Positions 47,032-56,702 of a stretch of DNA of 60,765 nucleotides are shown here, one piece after another (within the stretch, counting starts at the first letter, position 1; each line of letters opens with the position of its first letter). Below the pieces are notes generated by a model that worked only from the letters and a program-made list of their open reading frames with translations, was not told where the DNA came from and searched no databases. Source of the stretch: Candidatus Saccharimonadales bacterium (GTDB taxonomy: Bacteria > Patescibacteriota > Saccharimonadia > Saccharimonadales > 2-12-FULL-41-12); NCBI GenBank assembly GCA_036278875.1, contig DASUKF010000030.1:1-60765 (forward strand). Reading direction: 5' to 3'. The translations under genes were made by a program, and so were the position numbers.

Positions 47032-47853
47032 TTATGCTAAACTTGACATCTCCCCTATAGCAGCCGCTATTCCCCCGTCTGCGGCTGCTATGTCATACCC
47101 CTGTTCATATCGGGGGTCGGATATAACACTGGCGACAACAGCTCCGGCTGATTCCAGTCCGGCTACTGCGCTGTCATGGTGCGCTTGAAGCAGCCGGTTA
47201 TATTCACCAAGCTGCGCCCCATCACGGGTATCAAGCTCATATTCGCCGCCCAGGCTTATCCTGCCGACACCTGCCGGTATAGCACGCTCCAGAGGATGGT
47301 TCAGCTTCACGGCAACGACACCGTCCAGACTGCTACGATCAAACCGCATGCCATGGAAATCGCTTATAACTATGGTCAATCCGTCTAAAGCCAGATCCGA
47401 AATCTGACCGGGCAATTCGTTGCGGCTACTAGCTCGCAGGGTTTCAGCATTAGCTATATCGCCCCGGCCGGCAAGGTATATGAACGACTGGTCGGTTACG
47501 CCGGGCAAAGACTCGTCAATAGAGCCGACCAGACCGACCACGGCAGCATCTTTGATTGCCGTAACCCTGGGGTCTTCTGCTCTGCCGGTCCTGTCAGCAA
47601 CTATATTTATATGTAGCGGCCGACTCGGAAACACCTGGCTGACGTGTGGTCTATCCAGCGCTTCGCCCATGGCAAAGGGGTCGATATCTGACGGCTCATG
47701 CCGAGTTGGATCGAATTCCGCTTCTCCGATATATACTCCGTCATAACCGGTTTGGACACTTCTCCTGACATGTTCGCCATATGCATGGCCTGCATTAGCC
47801 TCTAGTGAGGCCAGCGCATCGTGAGTCCTTTGAAGTCTAGCCATAACGAACAC
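47032..47853 (-). CDS. DUF58-family protein (MoxR operon partner)
   Basis: 273 aa. The EPSDIDPFAMGEALDRPHVSQVFPSRPLHINIVADRTG and LTIVISDFHG segments resemble the DUF58 pattern (R.IDW...ar......V..f.......l.vD.S; vvliSDf). Position is directly after MoxR. Confidence 0.55.
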   Translation of the reverse strand: MFVMARLQRTHDALASLEANAGHAYGEHVRRSVQTGYDGVYIGEAEFDPTRHEPSDIDPFAMGEALDRPHVSQVFPSRPLHINIVADRTGRAEDPRVTAIKDAAVVGLVGSIDESLPGVTDQSFIYLAGRGDIANAETLRASSRNELPGQISDLALDGLTIVISDFHGMRFDRSSLDGVVAVKLNHPLERAIPAGVGRISLGGEYELDTRDGAQLGEYNRLLQAHHDSAVAGLESAGAVVASVISDPRYEQGYDIAAADGGIAAAIGEMSSLA

Positions 47854-47867
47854 TCCTTAAAAAATTG

Positions 47868-48872
47868 TTATACGAGTATGGATTTGACGATTTCTTCGAC
47901 TGCGTCGTTAGCGCTGCGTGTAGCAAGCATGCCTACGCGGGCGGTTACGACGAATTCTACCGCTTGCCTTGCTTCGGCTTCGCCGACAGCTTCCTGGCCG
48001 CGGATTGCTGCCAGAGTCCTGGCATTGCGTGAAACCTGCTTGGCAATACGGTGAGGTGCTTCCTGGTAGCCTGCTTCTTCCAGGCTCCGGGCGGCGGCTA
48101 CAACATAGGCAGCGGTTGCCCTTTTAACATCTTCCGGGAAGGCCGTAGCCTGTTCAACACGGTTGCGTATAGCGGTCAAATCATTCAAGGTGACTACCGG
48201 CTCAACTGCATCAGGATTAGGAGTCCAGCCTCCGAGAATATGCAATACGGTATCTTCTTTGTCGGAAGCGTTACCATCACCCAGTACGGCGCCGATTGCG
48301 TGCCTTGAAGCCGTAGCTTTGGATATAGGGAAGGTACCCTGTCGGCCTTCGGCCGGGTTCATGGTTGAAAATCCGCCGATAAGGCCATTGAGCCTGACTA
48401 CACCGGCGGTCGTAACGATTACGCCGGATTCCTGGGCACCAAGCATAGCGTTAGTCGCGTGCGGAGCAACACGGCTGATTTCATCGGCCCATATGAACTT
48501 CGTGTCGGGATGGATTATCGGCTCGATAGTAGTAGTCTCTACCGTTTCTACCCCGTCAACCTGTTTCTTAACTTCCATATGGCCGCCGACAAGGGCGCGA
48601 GCGGTCAGATCGGACAGCGGCGGTATGACCGCCAGATGGCTCTCATCAAGCCCTTCAATAAGCCTGTGGGCATTGCCCGCGAGCGTGGTCTTACCACCGC
48701 CCGGCTCACCTACCAGACCTACGTTAGCGCCGGAACCTATTCCGGTAAGCGTCGCTTCCTTGGCCTTTTCTTCGCCAAGCAAGAGATGGTCCAGCTGTTC
48801 CATGCCTCGCTGGCCGAATTCCTGGGCTTCAGCGGGACTTGCTATTCTACCTGGTGTAATTATGCTGCTCAT
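47868..48872 (-). CDS. MoxR-like AAA+ ATPase
   Basis: Walker A GEPGGGKTTLA, Walker B FIWADEISRVAPHATNAML. 334 aa. Confidence 0.85.
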   Translation of the reverse strand: MSSIITPGRIASPAEAQEFGQRGMEQLDHLLLGEEKAKEATLTGIGSGANVGLVGEPGGGKTTLAGNAHRLIEGLDESHLAVIPPLSDLTARALVGGHMEVKKQVDGVETVETTTIEPIIHPDTKFIWADEISRVAPHATNAMLGAQESGVIVTTAGVVRLNGLIGGFSTMNPAEGRQGTFPISKATASRHAIGAVLGDGNASDKEDTVLHILGGWTPNPDAVEPVVTLNDLTAIRNRVEQATAFPEDVKRATAAYVVAAARSLEEAGYQEAPHRIAKQVSRNARTLAAIRGQEAVGEAEARQAVEFVVTARVGMLATRSANDAVEEIVKSILV

Positions 48873-48883
48873 ATTAAAACTCC

Positions 48884-49843
48884 TTATTTAACTTTGCTTC
48901 CACGAAATGTTAACGGCATATTGCGGCGGTCTTTCAGCAGACGTATCAGCGCTGCAAGCGACAGGATACCGATTATTTTTTCAGGCAATTTGTCATCTTC
49001 CTTTTTCTTCTTATCGTGGGAAGGCGCCAAATCACCAGCGACCTGCTGTGCTACATTCTTTTTATCCTGATCTTCCCTGTCAATGTATTCCCCGCCGGTT
49101 TTTTCCGCTATGCGCCTGAACTGAGCTGCAGTCTGGGCATCCGTACCCTGGGCTGTGTCAATTACGTCCACCCGGGCATCGACTTCATCAGCCTTATTAA
49201 TTACGTCGCCGGGAGAACCGAACTCGTTGCCATTCGTGGCTATCACTATGGCAGCGGATTTCTTATCGTCTTCCGTCGAAACCGGATTATTTTTCTCAGC
49301 AAGCCTAAGGTCCGCTACGGCCGTGGAGAAAGCCTCGCGCAGCGGCGCGTCACCGAACGGCTCAACCGACGGTACGTCTTCCGGCTTGCTTGGCAGTATC
49401 TGGCCGCCTTTTCCTACAAGAGCGGTAGTTTCGACACTGTCCTCTTCGGCAAACTCCTTAGCAATCCTGTTAGTCTCGGCCTCGGCTGTCGGGGCATCAC
49501 CGTAAGCCGTGGCGCCTGAGCGGTCCACGACCAGTTCCACCTTAGGCTCGTGCGGACCGGGCTGGCCGGTGCCAAGCCAGGCATACGCGTTGGCTGTGGC
49601 GGTTAAGGCAGCTGTAAGGGCAAGCGTAGATACGGCTTTTTCGCCGACAAGCTTCAAGCGTGATACCCTGGACGAAGAAGACGGAGCCATGTCCATTTCA
49701 TTTACATCACCCATTACTTCGGAAACCGGCTCCCTTTCATCGGCAGCCTTACGGGCCATATAATAATCAGTTACGGCGCCGATGGCGTCTCCGCCCGCAA
49801 TAAAAGGGGCTAACTCTACGACTGTCCTCACAATTTCTGACAT
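48884..49843 (-). CDS. VWA-like membrane protein (BatA-like)
   Basis: 319 aa. A degenerate MIDAS-like start VELVVDRSGA, a later AAIVIATNGNE, an internal TM and a C-terminal TM (IIGILSLAALIRLL). Assignment leans on the MoxR/DUF58 context. Confidence 0.5.
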   Translation of the reverse strand: MSEIVRTVVELAPFIAGGDAIGAVTDYYMARKAADEREPVSEVMGDVNEMDMAPSSSSRVSRLKLVGEKAVSTLALTAALTATANAYAWLGTGQPGPHEPKVELVVDRSGATAYGDAPTAEAETNRIAKEFAEEDSVETTALVGKGGQILPSKPEDVPSVEPFGDAPLREAFSTAVADLRLAEKNNPVSTEDDKKSAAIVIATNGNEFGSPGDVINKADEVDARVDVIDTAQGTDAQTAAQFRRIAEKTGGEYIDREDQDKKNVAQQVAGDLAPSHDKKKKEDDKLPEKIIGILSLAALIRLLKDRRNMPLTFRGSKVK

Positions 49844-49886
49844 GCCCTAGATTATAACATTAGCGTTATTTTTTGTCAACAATATT

Positions 49887-52064
49887 TTATTGTATATCAG
49901 CTGCCAGTTTCTTCTTATCAAAGCAGAAGCCGAACATGCTTCCTTTGCCCTCGGTGCTTTCGAACAGGATACTGCCCCCTTGTGCATCAACGACCTTCTT
50001 AGCCATGAACAGGCCCAGGCCGGTACCGTCGGGGCGGGCATTGCGGGCATTTCCCGCCCGGAAGAACTTGTTAAACAGATGTTTCTGGTCCTCTTTCGGT
50101 ACGCCTATGCCGTCATCTTTGACTGTGAAGTAGACATGGCTCTCATCCTCGGCAACCGTCACTTTTATATGGCCGCCGGAACGCGTGTAATAGATAGCGT
50201 TATCTATAAAATTCATGACGACCTGCCTCACCTTTGTTTCGTCCAGCATCAGTTTAGGCAGTTTTTTTGGCCGGTCATACTTGAGCTCTATCTTCTTGCC
50301 CTTGGCCGTCTCCGTCAGCTGGTCCAATTCGCCTTTGACTACTTCTCCCAAATCGGCAGGCTGGGCGTCTATGACGAATTTGCCCGTCTTAAGCCGCGAA
50401 ACGTTCAAAAGATCGGCAATCAGGTAAACCATGCGCTGTGAACTCACGAAGGCCTGGTTAAGAAGTGTTTGCTGCTGCTTGGTCAATTTGCCCGCATCAC
50501 CTTCAATCACCATGCTCATGTAGCCTTTTACCGATGTCAGCGGTGTTCTTAGCTGATGTGAAGCCATGCTGATGAACTCATCCTTGGTTTCGTCCAGCTC
50601 GCGCAGTTTCTTGTTGGTACGCTGTAATTTTTCCGTGGCGTCGCTGACTTTCTGCTGCAAGGTAACATTGAACTGCTGTATCTCCTCAAAACGTATCGAG
50701 TTCTGTATGGCGATAAGCAGCTCGTCCGCGACGATTTCAAGAAGACGCAAATCCTGCTTGTCGTAGACGTTTCCGCTTTTTTTGTCACCGAGTATAAGGT
50801 AATACATGGCCTCTCTGGTCATATCGCTTCCCGGAAGCAAGCGCACCAGCATAGCGATGTTATTACGGAAAAGCACGTCCTTTAGCACCTTGTAGTCCGA
50901 ACCCAGCTCATCGGTCATTACCGTCTTCTTACCTGTCTTTATCAGTTCTTGTTTAAGCAAGACGGCTTCCTGCTCTGATAGATTAAGCTCCCCGGAGCCT
51001 ATAAGTCTTTCGTGCGCCGTGGGTGTAGCTTTTATCATGACGTAGCAGAACTGGCTTTTCAGGTTGTCCTGAATAACTCTGGTCGTGTGCCTAAGCATTA
51101 TTCCTAGCTCTATATTCTCTACCACCGTGCTGTTAAGCTCGTCCAGAAACTGCTGAGGCTCATATGCATCCCTGTAAAATACCCTCTTGGTCTGCCTGTC
51201 AAAGAACCTTTTAGTAGGAGAAAAAATGATTGCGCTTAAAAGCGCTAAAAATATATAGAACCCCCTCTCGGTAACAGAACTTATTTGGTTGTCCTGTGCC
51301 AAAAACGATGAAATGCCAAATATAATTGAACCGTAGACAATACCTATGAATCCTAGCGATAACAGATAAGCTACGCTCCTAGCAATAGTGCGTTTTATGT
51401 CTAATAAGCGATGTTTAACTATTGCATAGCCTATAATCCCGGCAAAAAAAGCAGCATAAACAGGACTGAAAGTTATAAAGCTGGAGTTTGAGAAGAGAAC
51501 GGGAAATATAAAATTAGTTAAAGGAAGAAGAGTAAAGAGCAAGAACATTCCGATAATTACAAATCGAAACTGTAGCTTCTCACGGTCACTTTTAACCTTT
51601 AAGTATCTTTTAAATAAATAAGCGGGGCCGGCTAGAAAACTAAGTACAGCATGAGCTAGAAATAAAAGCATGCCCGGGCCGGCGATAGGTGTTATATTTC
51701 CGACTGAATCTACTTTAACCCCTGTAAAAAGAAAAGGAGAGAGTGTAATTGCTAGAGTTAAGACGCAAAAGGCGGCAATGTATTTAAGCCTTCTAGTAAA
51801 GTTAATCGAGGAATCCGGAAAAATTTGTGATAGAAATAAGAAAATGGAATTCGACAGAACAACAAAAAACATAGTCATGCGAATAAGAAAAAGCTGATAG
51901 TCTCCACTATTTAAAGACAAGTAGCTTACTATGGACCAGCCGGATAAGCTAAGAGCAAGGAGGGCAAAGAGACGGTTTGTAATACTCCGGCTATTTTTTA
52001 TAAAAACAGTGAGCCCTAATATCAGGTTTACAAAAACGGAAAAGATTAAAATAAAAAGGGTCAT
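49887..52064 (-). CDS. Sensor histidine kinase with multi-TM N-terminal sensor domain
   Basis: 725 aa with about 6-7 N-terminal TM helices and a central GAF/PAS-like region. H-box SHQLRTPLTS, N box DNAIYYT, G boxes DDGIGV and GTGLGL. Confidence 0.88.
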   Translation of the reverse strand: MTLFILIFSVFVNLILGLTVFIKNSRSITNRLFALLALSLSGWSIVSYLSLNSGDYQLFLIRMTMFFVVLSNSIFLFLSQIFPDSSINFTRRLKYIAAFCVLTLAITLSPFLFTGVKVDSVGNITPIAGPGMLLFLAHAVLSFLAGPAYLFKRYLKVKSDREKLQFRFVIIGMFLLFTLLPLTNFIFPVLFSNSSFITFSPVYAAFFAGIIGYAIVKHRLLDIKRTIARSVAYLLSLGFIGIVYGSIIFGISSFLAQDNQISSVTERGFYIFLALLSAIIFSPTKRFFDRQTKRVFYRDAYEPQQFLDELNSTVVENIELGIMLRHTTRVIQDNLKSQFCYVMIKATPTAHERLIGSGELNLSEQEAVLLKQELIKTGKKTVMTDELGSDYKVLKDVLFRNNIAMLVRLLPGSDMTREAMYYLILGDKKSGNVYDKQDLRLLEIVADELLIAIQNSIRFEEIQQFNVTLQQKVSDATEKLQRTNKKLRELDETKDEFISMASHQLRTPLTSVKGYMSMVIEGDAGKLTKQQQTLLNQAFVSSQRMVYLIADLLNVSRLKTGKFVIDAQPADLGEVVKGELDQLTETAKGKKIELKYDRPKKLPKLMLDETKVRQVVMNFIDNAIYYTRSGGHIKVTVAEDESHVYFTVKDDGIGVPKEDQKHLFNKFFRAGNARNARPDGTGLGLFMAKKVVDAQGGSILFESTEGKGSMFGFCFDKKKLAADIQ

Positions 52065-52138
52065 TGAAAGATCTTTTTATCTATAAGCATAATCACAATA
52101 TACCGGAAAATTCTCTTCTGTCCTACAGATAACCTAAT

Positions 52139-53329
52139 CTAACGATTCATCATCAGATTAATCAGTTCCTGCTTGCGCTTTTTATACGCCTGGGATTTAA
52201 TTGCAGGATTCAGCTGTTCTTCAGGACCCATTAGGAAGCGTCCGGAATTTATCTCCTGTTCTAAAAGAATCTTTTTGGCTGCGTATGCAACATAGAGTCC
52301 GGATAACACTGCCGCACCGCCCAATTGAGGCCAGCTTGGCAAAGTTTTTCCTACTTCAAGCAGAGACTCAATCATACGAAGCGGTACATTTTCCAGATTA
52401 ACAAAATACTTTCCGATTATAGCCCCTAACTCTTTTCTTTCCATGGGAGCATCTGAAAGAATTCGATCTATAACTTCCTGGGGTAAAATACCGTGCAGTA
52501 TTGGCTGGCGGCTGTCTAAATCGAAGCGTTCTATATCTAACAATATGTCATCGCCATCATCAGTAGCCATTACCACGGGTATCGCCTCTTCTTTCGCTTT
52601 TAAGCGCAGGTGGACCTTCATGCGCAGGAAATCCATCTCATCTACTATGATATCGGGCCTGTATCTGTCTAGTATTTCCTTCAGGTTATTCTCATCCAGT
52701 CCATTTTTATAGTGCACTTGTTCTAGGAAAGGATCGAGTTCGCTGATTTTTTTAGCTACTATATCCACCTTATGTATAGCGACCTGGTCATAGGAAGCAC
52801 GTATTCGATTAAGATTTGTCGGGTCCAAGCTGTCCATATCCACCAGTATGTAGCGGCTGCCTACACCTTGCATGAGTAACGAATCAACAACGTTACTGCC
52901 GACACTTAGGCCTGCTATAAGAATAGTTTTATTATTTATTAATTTTTTTCTCTCATCTTCAGTTATTAGATTCCTGTTTCTGGAACCGCGGAGTCTTCTT
53001 AGATCTTCTGATGGAGGGAAGTGTACAAGTGTTCGATTCCAGGGGAAATACACCCAGTTTCCATATTTTTTAATATTCTCTCCGACAGTTTCGGTTCTGA
53101 ACGCCTTGTATGCTTCATCATCAGGAATGTCGATGTGCGAGGGTTTTTCTATATGATAAAGCTCTTCCAAGGCTATTTCTATATTGTCAGATACAAATTG
53201 AATTGCGTTTTTTTCATGCAAGGCTTTTAGCTTATTTTCGTCTGCCTCTGAATCAAGATCTAAAATAATCGGTTCTTCCCACCCTAATATCTTTTTATTT
53301 AATGGTATATAAGTTATTTCTTCACCCAT
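52139..53329 (-). CDS. ThiF/MoeB/E1-like adenylyltransferase-fold protein with N- and C-terminal extensions
   Basis: 396 aa. KTILIAGLSVGSNVVDSLLMQGVGSRYILVDMDSLDPTNLNRI is the ThiF-type Rossmann plus NLNR motif. GGGAG SD lies 9 nt upstream. Its start overlaps the upstream gene by 16 nt. Confidence 0.7.
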   Translation of the reverse strand: MGEEITYIPLNKKILGWEEPIILDLDSEADENKLKALHEKNAIQFVSDNIEIALEELYHIEKPSHIDIPDDEAYKAFRTETVGENIKKYGNWVYFPWNRTLVHFPPSEDLRRLRGSRNRNLITEDERKKLINNKTILIAGLSVGSNVVDSLLMQGVGSRYILVDMDSLDPTNLNRIRASYDQVAIHKVDIVAKKISELDPFLEQVHYKNGLDENNLKEILDRYRPDIIVDEMDFLRMKVHLRLKAKEEAIPVVMATDDGDDILLDIERFDLDSRQPILHGILPQEVIDRILSDAPMERKELGAIIGKYFVNLENVPLRMIESLLEVGKTLPSWPQLGGAAVLSGLYVAYAAKKILLEQEINSGRFLMGPEEQLNPAIKSQAYKKRKQELINLMMNR

Positions 53330-54831
53330 TGTTGTTTACTCCCGCTTTTAAAATGCTCTGCATGCTCATAACCCCATAGTTCTACCAGTGGCTTCACTAC
53401 CTCACCTACCTCTTTAAAAGTTTCCGTATATTCGGAGCTTTCTTTCGTCAGTTTTTCATGGATTATATCCCGAAGTTTCATCTTAATATTTTCATTTTCA
53501 ACCACGCCTTTTCTCAACTCTATGTGTATTTTCAGATGCTGGCGGCCCCTGCTGCCATAATCCGAGTGCATACTGAATTTGCCCGTGCTTAGCAAAGAAG
53601 CCTCCTGGCCCAGCAAGGCCCTTCTGACAGTGTCCGGATAAATCAAAAATGAGTAATAGCTTACACTGAAATCATCGCGCTCATAGATGTATATGAAAGG
53701 CAGATTCCATCTGCCTTTCGCTATGCCCGCCTTTAAAAGCCCGGCTTTTATATCTATTCCGGCCTCAGTCAAGACAGAATATACGTCTTTCTTAGTTATG
53801 ATACCGCCGTAATCCTTGAGGTTGTATCGGACCAGGGGCAGACCGCTATACGAACTGCATATAAGATTGTTTTCTTCCTGCTCGAAGTAAAAGAGTTCGG
53901 GATTATACTGGGCGAAGGTAGGCTGCCTGTGCTTTTCCGGAAAAATAAGATCCAGTTTGTCATCCTGAATCAGCCGGCGTCTTATATAAACCGACTCAGG
54001 AGTTTCATGTGCCAGCGTACCCTGGTCTACAGTACCGTAATGGTTAAGCGAGAACCTGTAGATATCTTCCGGCGCGCTTACATCGATGACATAATCACGG
54101 AAGCTTTCACTGAAGGCTTCCGCTGAAAAAACAAAGCCTAGATCATACTTTTTCCAGTCTATTCCTTCCTGCTTGCCGTCGTCTAGAATATCTTTCAAAA
54201 AAGGCGCGTAGGCACCGATGATTATCTGATCGAACGAGTCGCCGAGCTCTTTGACGGCATCGATAACGCCCTGTTTATGAATACCGGGAGTAATGATACT
54301 CAGGTCGTATCCGGCGCTGTCCGCTATAAGCCTGAGCGCTTCATAGGTAAAGAGCCCGCCTATCCAGGCCCCCATAGGAAAAGCGACAATGTACAGGGTG
54401 GTTTTGCTTTGGATTTGAAAATTATTTCTAAGATAAAGATCCGCCATTATGGCGTATTGCCAGTCTTGGGAGGCTTCCCGGGGGAAATAATACGGTTTGC
54501 CGGTGGAGCCGGAAGTAGTGGATATCGTCCATCTGCCGCGGCCGAAATCACCGTCCCAGCACATCTGTTCCTTCGGATAAGCACGAAGGTAATTATCCTT
54601 ATCTATGGTGGGAACCCTGCCCATATCTTCGGCGTTTCTGATAGAAGACGGGTTTATATTATTTTTGGATAAAAAATCCTGGTATGCGGGAACTCTGGCA
54701 GCCATTTCATGAAATAGCTTAAGAGCCCTGTTCTGTCCGCGCCTAATGAATAAATCTTCCGGAGAGTTTAACAGGCGTTTTTGTATTACATCTGTATTCC
54801 TGTAACCTTTCGGGAGTAAAAACTCGGACAT
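53314..54831 (-). CDS. PaaK/CapK/F390-synthetase-like adenylate-forming enzyme
   Basis: TSGSTGKPYYFPR (AMP-binding P-loop of the ANL/PaaK group) and LVRYNLKDYG. The ORF track extends to 54933. I prefer ATG 54831 (MSEFLLPK) because a promoter-like element for the divergent receiver gene covers 54927-54954. Confidence 0.7.
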   Translation of the reverse strand: MSEFLLPKGYRNTDVIQKRLLNSPEDLFIRRGQNRALKLFHEMAARVPAYQDFLSKNNINPSSIRNAEDMGRVPTIDKDNYLRAYPKEQMCWDGDFGRGRWTISTTSGSTGKPYYFPREASQDWQYAIMADLYLRNNFQIQSKTTLYIVAFPMGAWIGGLFTYEALRLIADSAGYDLSIITPGIHKQGVIDAVKELGDSFDQIIIGAYAPFLKDILDDGKQEGIDWKKYDLGFVFSAEAFSESFRDYVIDVSAPEDIYRFSLNHYGTVDQGTLAHETPESVYIRRRLIQDDKLDLIFPEKHRQPTFAQYNPELFYFEQEENNLICSSYSGLPLVRYNLKDYGGIITKKDVYSVLTEAGIDIKAGLLKAGIAKGRWNLPFIYIYERDDFSVSYYSFLIYPDTVRRALLGQEASLLSTGKFSMHSDYGSRGRQHLKIHIELRKGVVENENIKMKLRDIIHEKLTKESSEYTETFKEVGEVVKPLVELWGYEHAEHFKSGSKQQWVKK

Positions 54832-54966
54832 GTTTCTTTTAGAACCTTTATGCTTATCTTTATTGTAGGGTATGTGGTGTGAGTTATCTATAGGATAGCT
54901 AGAAAAAATAAAAATGTCATTCCAAGCTTGCATTAGGCCCTTTTCTAGATTTTAATCATAAGGGTA

Positions 54967-55329
54967 ATGGCTAAAATAGCGATAATCGAGGACGACCAGG
55001 CAATATCCCAGATGTATCGGATCAAGTTTGAATCCGAGGGGTTTACAGTTGAGACGGCAGAGAACGGCAAGCTCGGATTGGAACTGATTGAACACCTGCG
55101 CCCGGATCTGATACTTCTGGATCTGATGATGCCGGAGATGAGCGGCGACGAGATGCTTATCCAGCTGCGCAAACAACCATGGGGCAATATACCGGTAATT
55201 ATCCTCACCAACGTAGGCGAGCAGGAGATACCGGACGTTGCAAGGCAGCTGGGCGTCAATAAATTCATATTGAAGGCGGACATGACGCCGAAACAAGTTG
55301 TAGACCTGGTAAAAACCCAGCTTCCCTAA
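54967..55329 (+). CDS. Stand-alone CheY-like response regulator receiver
   Basis: 120 aa. IIEDD, the phospho-acceptor context LILLDLMMPEMSG, ILTN and KFILKA. No output domain. Confidence 0.88.
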   Translation: MAKIAIIEDDQAISQMYRIKFESEGFTVETAENGKLGLELIEHLRPDLILLDLMMPEMSGDEMLIQLRKQPWGNIPVIILTNVGEQEIPDVARQLGVNKFILKADMTPKQVVDLVKTQLP

Positions 55330-55376
55330 CACCCCTTCGTACCAGCCGGAAGCGTGTTGTGTTGTAAGATATTAGG

Positions 55377-56702
55377 GTGAAAATCGCGATTATCGGTTTC
55401 GGCAAAGAAGGCCGGAGCGCCTATGAGCACTGGAAGAACGGTAATGAGATAACCGTCTGCGACAGCAACGAATCATTATATCTGCCGCCGGGAGTGTCGG
55501 CCAGGCTTGGCAAAAACTATCTAAAGGAGCTTGATAACTTCGATCTTATAGTGCGCTCACCGGGAATACACCCCGGATTCATAGAAGAAGCCAACGGAAA
55601 AGACATACTGGAAAAAGTTACGACCGTTACCAATGAATTCTTCCGGGTCTGCCCGGCGAAGAATATCATCGGTGTTACCGGCACCAAAGGCAAAGGTACT
55701 ACGTCGATGCTTATAGCCAAGATGTTAAAAGAGGCCGGAAAATACGTCCACCTCGGCGGCAATATCGGCACACCGGCGCTGGACATGTTAAATGGGACCG
55801 GAGACCTGCATAAAGCAGCGCGGCCTATCCAAAAGGATGATTATGTCGTGCTGGAAATGGCCAGCCAGCAGCTGGTAGATTTTAAATATGCGCCGAAAAT
55901 AGGCGTATGCCTGATGATAGCGCCGGAACATCTGAACTGGCATACCGACCTGAACGATTATTTCACCGCCAAAAAACAGTTGTTCGCCCGTCAAACGCCC
56001 GATGATACGGCGGTATACTACGCTAAGAATGACTACTCACGCGACATCGCAGGCGTAACCCAAGGCACTTTGATTCCCTACTACGGCCCGCCGGGTGCTA
56101 TAGTCGAAAATGACGACATAATAATAGACAACCAAAGCATCTGTTCTACAGATGAAATAGAGCTGCCGGGCGCGCACAACTGGCAGAACGCCTGCGCCGC
56201 CGTGACAGCCGTATGGCAGATAAGCCGGGATACGCAGGCAATCAGAAAAGTCCTGACTACCTTTGCCGGCATGGAGAACCGTCTGGAGCTGGTACGCGAA
56301 CTGGACGGTGTAAAGTATTACAACGACTCTTTCGGTACCACACCTGAAACGGCGATAGTCGCGGTGCAAGCCTTTGAGGAACCTAAAATAGTTATCCTGG
56401 GCGGTTCGGACAAAGGTGCCAGCTACGACGAGCTGGCCGAAGTGGTAAAAGGAAGCAACATCCGCCGCGTCTTATTAATCGGCGAACAGGGCGCAAGGAT
56501 ACGAAAAGCCCTGGATAAGGCCGGATTCTCCAACTATGGGCCCGGCGGTAAGGATATAGAAGAAATCGTTAATACCGCCCGACGGGAATCCCGGGCCGGC
56601 GACGTGGTGCTATTGTCCCCCGCCTGCGCCAGTTTTGATATGTTTGAGAATTATGCCGACCGGGGCGAAAAGTTCAGATCGACTGTGTTAAAGCTGGGCT
56701 AA
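55377..56702 (+). CDS. murD: UDP-N-acetylmuramoylalanine--D-glutamate ligase
   Basis: N-terminal Rossmann IAIIGFGKEG, Mur ligase P-loop GVTGTKGKGTT. GTG start. 441 aa. Confidence 0.9.
   Translation: MKIAIIGFGKEGRSAYEHWKNGNEITVCDSNESLYLPPGVSARLGKNYLKELDNFDLIVRSPGIHPGFIEEANGKDILEKVTTVTNEFFRVCPAKNIIGVTGTKGKGTTSMLIAKMLKEAGKYVHLGGNIGTPALDMLNGTGDLHKAARPIQKDDYVVLEMASQQLVDFKYAPKIGVCLMIAPEHLNWHTDLNDYFTAKKQLFARQTPDDTAVYYAKNDYSRDIAGVTQGTLIPYYGPPGAIVENDDIIIDNQSICSTDEIELPGAHNWQNACAAVTAVWQISRDTQAIRKVLTTFAGMENRLELVRELDGVKYYNDSFGTTPETAIVAVQAFEEPKIVILGGSDKGASYDELAEVVKGSNIRRVLLIGEQGARIRKALDKAGFSNYGPGGKDIEEIVNTARRESRAGDVVLLSPACASFDMFENYADRGEKFRSTVLKLG

Noticed and set aside
48163-49070. Two overlapping + strand ORFs (242 and 203 aa)
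   Set aside because: They are antisense to the MoxR AAA+ gene (Walker A/B present) and the 3' end of the VWA gene.
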